Source of the DNA: Veleropilina oligotropha
Taxonomy: Eukaryota
Assembly (NCBI GenBank): GCA_048128005.1
Contig: JBEUKZ010000084.1
Location: 124,001 to 188,000, forward strand
DNA length: 64,000 nucleotides
Direction of reading: 5' to 3'
Of this stretch, positions 14,301 through 26,300 are shown piece by piece. Below the pieces are notes generated by a model. The model ran no database searches and was not told the DNA's origin. It saw only the letters and a program-made list of their open reading frames with translations. The position numbers and the translations under genes are program-made. Position 1 is the stretch's first letter. Every line of letters begins with the position of its first letter.

Positions 14301-17300
14301 CCCTATGATAGCGGTCAAGCCATCCGGTCACCAGCCCCACGATACGTACCTCTAGCCCCCCGGCCAGCATGGCGGTCAGTAACCCCATCGCCATGGTCAA
14401 TGTCTCCGTCTCGAACAACTCAAACAGATCATCATTGGTCTCTCTGCAGACTTCCACACATCGTTCCAAGGTTACCTACAGTTCGGTAACAATAAAACAA
14501 GAGAATGTCAATAATGGTGGGCTACATTAAGTATCAAATAAGCATGGTATATTCTTTCCATGTATATCTTTTCAAGCATAGACCTTTGCTATATGCCCGC
14601 TGACGGCGCGGTGTATTATGCTATGGCGATTTCAGTCTGCCTCCTTCGTTTCCGCACCATATTTTAAGAAATATACCATCTTTAAATATGAAACTTTCTG
14701 GGAGGGTTCATCAAGTGACAAGGAAGAAGCCTATTCATTTTCAACCATGTTACTCGATTCGTCATTGACTTCTGGCACTTATTTGAAAAAAAAAATTTGT
14801 TTCCACGATAACTAGGAAAATGTACAATCTTTTTCAATGAAACTTGCTGGATGCCTTAATCATGTGACAAGGAAGAAGCCTATCCATTTTAAACCCTGCC
14901 GTTCAATTTGTCGCTGACTTCTGGCCCTTGTTCGAAAACAAGAAAAATTTAGTTTCCACACGATGACTAAAAATAGGAATAGGAAAATATTACGCATATG
15001 AGAAGCCTAACTACATATACAATTATTATACATTGAAGTACAAAAAAAAGGAAAGGATCGATGCGTAATGTCCTGTATATTTCCAACCATCATTTGGTTC
15101 AAAGCAGGACATTTCCGCATATCTGTAAACCCGCCCTGTCTGACCAGTTACGGACAACTATGATTCATAATTTGAACAAATGTGTGCTGCCCTAGCCACG
15201 GTTTGAACCCATTACTGTTCGCGTCAGCGGAATCAAGTCAGTGATTTTCGGAGTCCACAACCGATACCACTGTACTGTCGAAGCGGCCCTACATTGAAGT
15301 ATAAGGAACTTGATGATAAATGTACACTATGGAAAAAGACACTCAATAAATCAGCATACCTTCACAAATTCCAAAACATGCTTTGAGCTCTTTAAACACG
15401 AAGGTCCAAGACTCTCACAGATGGTAGCCAATAGATTTAGCGTCTGGATTTGCATCTGGACTGCAGCCACGTCTCTCCGCTGCTTGAGTTCTATGTCCAG
15501 TAATTCTTGACCAACAGATGGTGAACTGGATGGCATGTCTCTTGGTCCACTGGTCTGGTCTGCTATGATTGCAGTTAGTTTCTGAAAATGAAACCGAAGA
15601 ACCACACATGTATTCATTACTTTTAAGTTTCAGGTATAAACATTTTTGAGATGGATCACAACTGAACAGTTCATATATTGGGATTGTGTGACAAGCTATC
15701 ATTCATACCTGCTGTCATGATTGTCATGTTTACAAAGCTTGACTACATTCTCATTATATGTGTATGCAAAATTTTACAGAGACCACTCTAAATTTTATTT
15801 GAAATTATGATCCATCATGCACAGTTATCAGACTATTATAAATCCTTAAAATTACTTTTCAATACTTACTGTTAATGAATATAAAAAGAATTCTCCTGCC
15901 AAACCATCCACTTGAAGATCCTTCAACAGAGCAACAAGGCCTTGAATGCACGCATCCCCCTTATTGTCAGCATTCAGATCACTGAAGAGAAATGTGAAGC
16001 AGAAATTCAAGCACAAAACGTATTTGTATTTTCATTAACGTAAATTTTGGAACTGTTTTTTATATGTATGCATTCACGTATACAGCCACTGTATAAACTA
16101 TAATTCCATGACACGAAAGGGTGTCTGATGGGTACGCAGATGACAGATGTGGGTAATTCAATCGCAGCAGCATAACTAGAATACTAATAGATATATATTC
16201 GGTCACTTCAATATTTTTTTTTTTTTTTTGATCTTACCGGTCACTTCAATATATCACTGCCAACAATGTATTTAAACATACAAGAAGTTAATCATTTCTT
16301 TACAAAGAATTATCTACTTTAAAAATCGATCACTAGAGAACAACAATTTAAATGACAATAAAATACGCAATTACCCATCATTCATGGATGTTGTCACGGC
16401 AACCAGCCCTCCCTTCATCCCGGGTGCAAACGTCACATTTGGATGCATTTGCTTCATATAACTGTCGGTGTTACTGTTACCATAATTAGGCGAAAAAGCA
16501 AATACTTTGAAACAAGACATTGCCTGCTCACGATCCAGTTGCTTACTAAGAGTGACCAGAATCTCATGGCAGGCAGACCTGAAATGGGCAAAAAATATTA
16601 TATTTAGTTATATATGCATCACATGGCAATGCATGCGAAATGGTGTTACTGTTCAATAGATTGCAAATGTGTTTTACATTCATTGCATACCTTATGTGGA
16701 CATGTTCTTTACAGTGAGGTATTAACCTTCTATTCTGCACCGACTCACCTCAAGTGAGTAACACTCCTCTGAGCTGCACAGTATAGCTGGAAAATAACTG
16801 GACTGATTGGAAACAAACTGTTCAGGATGGCAGTCTGGGGTTCCGAGCCCGACACACAAATCTATAAAAGTCAGAGGGCACAGTTTCAAAAGTCATTATT
16901 ACCCTTTTATCACATAATTAAAATGGTATTTTAATGCAAATATACATATATTACATAAAAGTGTTAATTGTGATATGACAACAGGGCGCACATGTACACA
17001 GTCTAAACATTTAATAACCAGTATAAAGTATGTTTTCTGATATTAAATGCGATAATCTCCTTTATACCAAGTATATACAAGATGGAACAGATATAATATA
17101 AGTCAGAACGATAAATTTTCAAAGAATATAAATTGACAGTACATATAACATAATGATGCACATCATGTAACATGCTGCAACAATGTTCTTTCAAGACATA
17201 GGTTAGAACTTTCTGAAGTAACCTACAGACAATGTATATGGAATCAACAAAAATAATTGCATGTCACGTTTCATAAATAAACGATTTGTGAATTAACCAT

Positions 17301-20300
17301 CATAAATGTGTCGCACGACTGTCCAAAATGGATCCAGGTAATGTTGTCGATCAGTCAGTCAATGTACTCAACATCTATTATCTCAGGTCACTGATGTAAC
17401 TCATCAGCATGTATTTGATAAAATAACATTCAGTGGTGGGAACATTGATCACAGATGAGGAAAAAAGAGTCTAAGCCTTGTCTGCCATCGCCAATAAATT
17501 GTTGGCTGGTCTATCAGTGGATTCTATATGAATGTAGAGATAAGTAACACTATGGAAAAAATATTTTCAAAATGAAAAGTAGGTTGTGGTGACATACTTT
17601 TGGTACGTGACATACCTTTCAGTTATGACGCATACACATATGAAGTTTCATGTCCCTCGGTCAAATAGTATGGGAGATATTTAATGGAAGAGAATTTTGG
17701 ACCAAATGTGGTGAATCGTGGAAAGTAGGTCACGGTGACCTACTTTTGGTATGCGACACACCTTTGAGTTATGACGCATGCATACATAAAGTTTCGTCTC
17801 CCTCGGTCAAATTTGCACGCGACACACCTTTGGGAGTGGAAAGGAATCTTGGACGAAATGCGGTCAAGTCCGAAAAGTAGGTCGCAGTGACCTACTTTCA
17901 GTACGCGACATATCTTTCAGTTATGACTCATACACATAAGAAGTTTCATGTCCCTCGGTCACATAGTATGGGAGATATAGAGCGGAAGGGAATTTTAGAC
18001 CAAATGTGGTCAAGCGTGAAAAGTAGGTAGCTTTGACCAACTTTTGGTACGCGACACACCTTTGGGTATTGACGCATACACATATCAATTTTCATGTCCC
18101 TCAGTCAAATAGTATGAGAGATATGGAGCGGAAAGGAATTTTGGATTAAGTGCAGTCAAGCATGAAAAGTAGGTCAAGGTGATCTTTTGGTACGCGACAC
18201 ACCTTTGGGTTATGACACATACACACATCAAGTTTCATGTTCATCGGTCAAATAGTTTGGGAGATATGGAGCGGAAGGGAATTTTGGATTAAGCGCAGTC
18301 AAGCATGAAAAGTAGGTCGTGGTCCTACTTTTGGTATGCGACACACCTTTGGGTTATAATGCATGCACACATCAAGTTTCGTGTCCCTTGGTCAAACAGT
18401 ATCAGAGATATGGAGTGGAAGGGAATTTGCAACAGACCGACAGACGGACGGACAGGCTGACTCCTATATGCCCCCCCTAAACTTCGTTTGTGGGGGCATA
18501 ATAGCAAAAGAATACCTGATGTCATTATTATCAGCCAAAGCTATGATCTGTTCACAAATCCATTAGTACGTTAATATTATTCTGCATTTGACTACACAAA
18601 ACATTTGGAACTGGATGTTGCATTCATACGCACCTTATGAATATTCTCGATGCATGAGGTAATTTCCTCTTCGGTGGCCACAACTAGCTGACGGTCACTT
18701 GGAGACTCTAAAACAGAGCATTAAATATCCTACAGACCCACATTAATGTTGTTGTGTGACATTTAATAGTGAAAACAACAAAAATCATAAAAAATATTTC
18801 TAAGCACTACATATGGGTCTTATTATTATTGTTTTATTAAAAAAGAAATCTACCTATTTCTTCAGTACATGCATATAACGGCTTCAGAAATGGCTGCAGC
18901 AGGAATCGCTCGGCGAGCGCTGGTTGGTGTTTACTCATGGCGTTGATCGTGCTGCAGGCGACTCTCAGGAACTGACGGGCCACGGAGCGGTCAGGACACT
19001 GGAGCAACGCCAGGATCTGTATAATGAAATTATACTTCTTAAAAAACTTTGCAATAGGTTTAGATCGACTTCCAGTTTTTTGTCCTATATAATAATCTTC
19101 CATATTATGGTGGGACGAAGTCTAGAATGTCCAGAGAAACCTGCACTCTTCAGCTGGTGCTGGACCACTGTGACTAATAGCTCTGAAAATGTCTCCAATC
19201 CTCCATTATTCCATCGGCATCTAGAGCGACTGCTCCTTCTAAGAAGAATCATAACAAACCAATTTAAAAATAAAAGAAATAAATTTCACAATTCCAGCAA
19301 GTGACATTATTACGTCTTTCATAATCATTAAAGAAATTATTACTAGTTCATTACATGTAAACTAATATACATTTGATTTCTTTACCTGTGGCGACACCTG
19401 CCTGTAATAAGCCTCGATAGATGAAGCTTTCATTGGACAGTTGGATATTACCATAGCAACAGCATCACATTTTCTCCAATCAAATGAAGACGAATCACCT
19501 GAAAAAAATGATGAATAATCAACTGACATGGCCTGACCAAAAGATTTTAATAATGGATTCAATGCACACCCTAATACTACAGTCCTTAATGATGCTGCAT
19601 GTTGGTAGCTGATAATTATCAATGCATTTAACTTCGAAGCAAACGACCAATGTTCTTCCAAAGCAATGATTAAAGATAGAAAATCTTCGCAGTGGTTAAA
19701 ATATTTTCTATCTTGCCCAGAAGTCTCTATGACGAATAATTTTTCCGCAAGAGCAGAAACATAATCAAAGTGCTGAAGCACTGAAAAGTTGGAAAGCAAA
19801 AGAGTACTGATTTCGCAAAACGAACATACTTTTTGTCAAAGAAGTTGTAATAGCTTACAAAGTAGTATTGTTAATATCATGCATTGAGGCATCGTTAGAA
19901 ATAAAAATATTGATCATCGGACATTAATAACAATTTTTGTTACCCGACTCACAATTTTCTTGTCCGAATTTACAGAAAACGAAAGTGCCTGATACTATCC
20001 GTTATCTTTCGATTTTTTACCATTTACATTACAATTTCCATATTATTAATAGCGATAGTCGTGAAGGAAATATCGCTGATAATATACATAAAATGAGATC
20101 AGTAATAGTAACTATGATGAGGGACCAGCCATCACATTTTATCCACACCGGTCATTGACTGACATCTTTTTGGAAGCCTAATCAAAATTTGACAAGCCAG
20201 ACAAAGATATTAAATATCAGTTTATATCACTATACAACCAGTTGTAGCAGTATGATCCTTTTATTTTCTATTTTAAATATAATGGATGTTTTATTAACGT

Positions 20301-23300
20301 TCTTTCGACAATTAAGATGTAAATGACTTATTTAGAAGAAAATATATATACATTATAAATGAAATAATGGTTAATTTATTTCAAACCTTTGTGTTTTTCA
20401 ATATTACATATTGTTACCAAGAAATATATATTCTTTGCTTATAGTGGTAGGCCCTTTGAACTCATTAATAGAAAAGATGATATGTGTGTTTATGGGGTCT
20501 GTTAATTAGATTATCACTGACCAAGGCAGATAAAGTCTTCAAGTAGATTTTATGGCATTGTCACTCTTTGCAGATTTCAATCAATTAAATGACCATAATA
20601 TCAGTCACCAGTACTTTAGAGTATGTCTGCATGGTCAAATAGAGACAATATTGGAAACTTTTATGAATGGGAGAAATTAAACATGAATGTAGGCCATCTA
20701 TTTACAGCAAATGCTGCCATTCCCTCTTTTGTCATTCCCTGTGAAAAACAGGAGGATTAAGAGTAATCCCCTTGTATCTATAATAATATACTTACGTCCT
20801 TACTAATGCCATAATAAGCCTATTATCGCTAAATCCGGACAAGGTGGAAATGGTAATTTCGCACTTTTTAATAAATTTTACCCAGTTGACCCAGTGACCT
20901 GCTCGACCCCCTCAAGTTCATGCCTATATAGAGCTCGCCAACTCCCGCGAGATCCTCGTGACCCAAGGGTCAAGACCTCATCCGAAGTTTATGCAAACCC
21001 CAAGGCAAAGAACTTATATAAGAGGGGAGGTGCGAAGCAGGGTGGGCCAAGTGGGTAAGGACGTAAGTATATTATTATAGATACAAGGGGATTACTCTTA
21101 ATCCTCCTATCTATATCAAATATACTTATGTCCTTACTAATGCCAAGAATAACTTTGGTTGGCGGAGTTATAAGTTCCATACACCAAAATTAAAACTTAC
21201 TTGTTACCAGAAGACGACGCTTTAGCGTTGAGATCGAGTCCGTTCAGAGTGGATTTTACTGAGCATCAAATCTACCCTTACCCCGAGGTGAGATTTCGAC
21301 CAAGAAATCTGGGAAAACACGCCAGGGATGTTAGTCGGACAGGTAACACGAAAGTGCATGTAGCTCCGGACACCGGCGGAAGGTATACCTTGAGGCACTC
21401 GTGTCATGAGCAAAGACAGTGGACTGGATATTCCGGACTCAAAGGTCGGCAGACAGAAAACTGCAAGACGTGGTTTTTAGAAGCACCCGAACCTAGGCAG
21501 GTAGATAGTGTTATAAAACCGTGACAATTATCAATAGATTGAAGAAAATTTCAATAACTTCATCTTGAATAATAAATTTTTGCATGTCCAACTTGCAAAA
21601 TGTCAACATGTTACTTAAATAATTTTAAGTAGAGAATAATATTAAAATTTTCCAATGTACGCACATTGAAATGTTCTGCGACAGCAAGGAGAACATTTTA
21701 AAAATAATATTATTTACAAAAAACATTTTTAAGATTTAATAATATAAATGTTTACATCCAATGTGGGCATTACTTCATATTAACTCAGTATGAATAGATA
21801 ATTTCAATTTCTTAATCAGTTTAAGAAAGAAATAACATTGGAGTAAATTCTAATGGTGATTTCAATGTACACAAATAGAATTACATTATATTACCTCAGT
21901 GCCTGGTACAATTCATTACACCAATCACTGTAGGGATGACCCAGATCCCCTGATACATTGTTGTCCTGCCGCCACAAAGGAAATCCGATGTTCACCTCCA
22001 GCCGTGGTCGCGTAATCACGCAGGTAAAAGCGAACAAAGGTATTAGCACTCTTCCAGTAACCAGCCTTTAAGATTGCATTGATATTCAAATTATGCTTGA
22101 AGGCCAGAGAAGTCGCTAAAGCACGGGTCTCGTGCGCGTGAATTGAAACGAGATTTCGTTCTGGCTCATTGGACCGAGAGTAAATCTCTTTTACAACAGA
22201 GACTATCCAACGTGAAACAGTCGTTTTGCGAATGTCGCGGTGGAATTGAGGCATGTGGCTTATGAATAAACGCTTTTTATGCTGCCGTAGGTCTCGGGTA
22301 CGATCCAGGTAGAATCTCAGCGCGCGAACCGGGCAGTTCAGGCGGTCGATATCATTTCTATCCAGCATGGAGAGGTTACGGATACAAACCTCAGGACTGA
22401 TATCTTCAGGTCTTTGTGTCTTCGCTAGGAAGCCAAGGACTGTATGCAGCGTCACCGACCCATTGGTGTGGAAGTGTATATTTCGAAGCTCTCCGGATAA
22501 AGCGTGTATCTCCGAGGCCCTGTTACCGGTGGCGAGAGCGGTAAGAAATACGGTCTTATAAGTGAGATTTTTGAGGGAACAATCACTCATAGGCTCGTAC
22601 GGGCCTCTAAGTAAAGCATTGAGAATTAACAAAACATTCCAAGCAGGCGGTCGCACCCGCTGAATGGGCCGTTCGAGTTGATAGGAGCGTATGAAGTCCG
22701 ATATTGTTTTGTCGGTAGACAAGCGGGTGTGCTCGCGGCATTGCCGTAACGTTGTTGCTACGCATGAACGGTAGCCTTTGACTGTGGAAATTGACATTCC
22801 CCGTTCGAGCAACGACGATAAGAACTCGATAAATTTTGTCACAGGGGGGCGGAATATATTGACTTGCCGCCCGCGACACCAATCCACAAATTTCTTCCAT
22901 CTGTAGTCATATACCCTTGTTGTAGATTGTCTTCTAGATCGGTAAATGCGCTGGGCTGTCGCTCTAGAAAAGCCTTTCTTGATGAGCGATCTCTCGATAG
23001 TCGCCAGGCGTGAAAGTGAAACTCGCTCGCCGACGGGTGTAGAACCCGACTGCGCGGTTGCGATAACAGGTCTGTCATCTGCGGTAGCGCTCGTGGCTGA
23101 TCGATGAGTAGATCCAGAAGTGTCGGAAACCAGGACTGCGTGCGTTGTAGAGGTGCTATTAGCGTCAACTCGCAGTCTTCGCGGGTCGCTTTCCGTAGTA
23201 CTTGTGCCAACATGCACGACGGTGGGAAGGCGTAGGCGATCAGATTCTCCCATCTCATTGACAGAGCGTCGACCGCAATAGCGGCCGGGTCCGGGTAAGG

Positions 23301-26300
23301 AGACACATAGAGAGGGAGTCGGTGATTGTATTCGGTTGCGAATAGATCGACTTGAGGCTGCGACCACAAGCGGCAGACATCTCGGGCTACACGGGCGTGT
23401 AGCGTCCACTCTGTGTGTATAATCTGTGTTTTCCGAGAGAGCGTATCCGCTCTGACATTCAGCTTCCCCGGGATGTGTCGGGCTCGAATTGACGAGTTGA
23501 GTGACATCACTAGGCGGTGTAGGTCGATCGCTCGGTCGCAAAGCGGACGGGAGCGAGTGCCGCCCTGGTGCTGGATGTAAGCGACGACAGTCGTGTTGTC
23601 CGTTGCTAGCATTATGTGCTTGTTGCGGAGATGTGACGAGAGGGACTGTACTGACAGGTAGACGGCTTCTAACTCTAGGAAGTTGATGTGTCGTCCCTGA
23701 AGGTCCGTAGGCCAGAGGCCCGATGTCTCGTGACTGTCGAGGTGACCTCCCCAGCCCTCGTTTGACGCGTCCGTGAAGAGGTAGGCGTTCGGTTCTGGGG
23801 GGGATATTGGAACCGACTGGCTCGGCAGGGTAGTGTTCAACCACACTGCTGTCGTGCGATTGAACCAATGCCGAAGATCGATGCGATCCGTCCACTGTCC
23901 CGTACGTTGTATCCAGCGGTCCTTGAAGGCCTGCTGCAACGGTCGTTTGTCCATGCGACCCGTCGGTAACAGGGGAGCTACCGACTCGATGTGCCCTAGG
24001 ACAGTGGCCAGTCGTCGCGCTGTAGTTATCCGTGAAGACTTTGTTTCCAGTATAACTGCGCGTAGGTTCTCTATACGTTTCTGAGTCGGTTTCGCGGTGT
24101 ACCGGACCGTGTCGAATTCGACCCCTAGAAATATAAACGTCGTCGAGGGCACGACGCAGGATTTGTCGTTGTTGATCTGTAATCCTAGGCGCTTCGCCGA
24201 TGACAGGGTAACGCTCATAGACTGGAGGCACTGATCCCGGGACGCCCCGAGAATCAACCAGTCGTCGAGGTACATGTGTACTCTGTGCCCTTGCGAGTGT
24301 AGGAAGGCGCCGAGAGCCTGTACTACCCGCGTGAAGACGTACGGGGCTGACGATAGACCGAACGGTAGACACCTGAATTGGTAGACCGTTCCCCCGTGAA
24401 CAAACCGTAGGTACCGGTGAGCCGAGACGTGCATCGGAACGTGTAGGTACGCATCGGTTAAGTCGATAGACGCTGCCCAGTCGCCCGGACGGATGGCCGT
24501 TCGTATCTTCGAGAGTGTTTCTTGCTTGAACTTCTCGGTACGAAGATACTGGTTGAGGAACGACAGATCGAGGATCGGTCGCCAACGGCCATCGGGTTTC
24601 GGGACCAGGAAAAAGTGGCTGTAATATCCTGGTGTGCTGGGCGGCGCGGGATAGATCGCTCTCTTTGAGAGTAAATCCCGCACTGCCTGGTCTAGGACGG
24701 CTTGTTTTTCTCCTAACAGGAGACGAGCGCGTCCTGGTGGTGGTGTCGCGTCTAGGGTTGGATGCCGGTCGAATGCCAACTTGTATCCGGCACTCACGAC
24801 TGAGTGAACCCAGTTGTCCTCTGTCATTTCTAGCCAGGACAGGCTGTACTCTAACAGACACGCTCCCACCGGCGGAAGCGTGCAACTGAGCTCGTCGCGA
24901 GCGCCGGCAACCCTAGGGCCGCGGCTTCCCTCTCCCGCTCTGACGGGATTTCGTCGGAGGTGCTGGCTTCGCGACAGGTTTCTTGGCCTGAGAAGGCCGA
25001 CCCGGCGAAGGTTTAGCACGCTTGGAAGGCGTATGAGACCGGGACGGTCTCGAGCGCTTCCTAGAGGTAGCAGCCGGCATACTCCGAGGAGTAGCCAAGA
25101 CTGCCTTCTCGATCGCGCGATCCTTGAGGTCAGCCGCTCGCTTCTCGACAAATTCGGGGAATTTGTCTCCGAAGAGAGTAGAGGCCGACAACGGTACACA
25201 ACGTAGAGACTGCCGGGTGGCGTCGTCTAACGTGGTGCCGTCTAGGCAAGCGTCTCTACGAAGTAGGACAGCGTTACCTAAGGATCGGGCTGACTCCGAC
25301 GCGGAGTTCTCCGTGGAGGCGGCAACCTCTTCGAGAAAGGACAGTGCGATCTCACGAGCGCGGGGTCCGTTCTCTTGTAGTACGGTAATGGCTCCGTCTA
25401 GGAAAAAATCCTGGATAGAGGCATGCCGTAGAGCTCGACGGGCGGAGCTCTCAAAGCCCTCCATGGCGACCCATGGAACTTTGACCACTGAGGGAGCTGT
25501 GCTGGCCGACAGTCGACGCATCGCTGCATCGATCTGAACCGGCTCAGTCTCCAGACACGCCCCAGAGCATCCGATCGAAATCGGACGCCTACTGGGTCGG
25601 AGGTACTTTCCTTTACGCAGACCACTAGGGTACTCCGTTAACGAGGAAGTCTCCACCGATTTGGATCCCTGAATGGATTTGGTCGCCGAGTCGAGGACGA
25701 GCGAGACCAACCCAGACTGGGGTAGGGTAGGAAGCAGGGGGGCTTCCGGCCCATCAAACCGACGTGCCGCTGTCCTGTGCCTGACGAAGCCTACCGGCAG
25801 AGCCGGGTCTGGCAAGTCTAGCACCCCGCGAAGCGACGCGACAGCGTCGTATCTTCTGCGGGTGGCGGAGATGGTCTCATGCGTGCCAGACTGACTACAA
25901 GAGTCGTCTGGTCCGACCGATTCAGGGAGGTCAGAGTGAGTAGAAGCACTGTCCTCATCGGAACGAGGATCGACTTCCATCACCGAAGCATGAGCCGAGC
26001 CCGGCGTTACGGTCAGAGACGTTGGGACCTGGGGCGGCTGGGTAGCCGGTTGCCAGGACCTACAACGTGCCTCGACTTCCATCGCAATCATAGCCTGGAC
26101 GTTCTCCATAGAGAAACCCGGAGGCATGACGGACGTCGGACCAACAGCCATTGGTCCGCTCGAGGTTACCGTAGCGCATGGTTGACGGGCTGCACGGACA
26201 GGTGGAGCCGAGTACCAGGGACTCGGGTTACCTGTCGGGAAACCGCAGCCAGGGAAACGGCCCGGAGGCGCGTTAAACGGTGCGAACGACCCGTAAGACT

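Noticed and set aside
19937..20158. Duplicated 73-aa ORF (also 35942-36313)
   Set aside because: Translation of the 269-bp inverted repeat; no protein features.
21222..21413. Small conserved ORF4 in DIRS (CPTN..GVFSQ..WSK, also 28543-28758)
   Set aside because: Similarity is confined to a short block, indels shift the frames on both sides, and the substitutions fit base-pair covariation better than coding constraint.
23100..23400. Dam-like methyltransferase motifs as bacterial transfer or a restriction system
   Set aside because: A phage-Dam-like domain after RNase H is a standard part of DIRS1-type ORF2.
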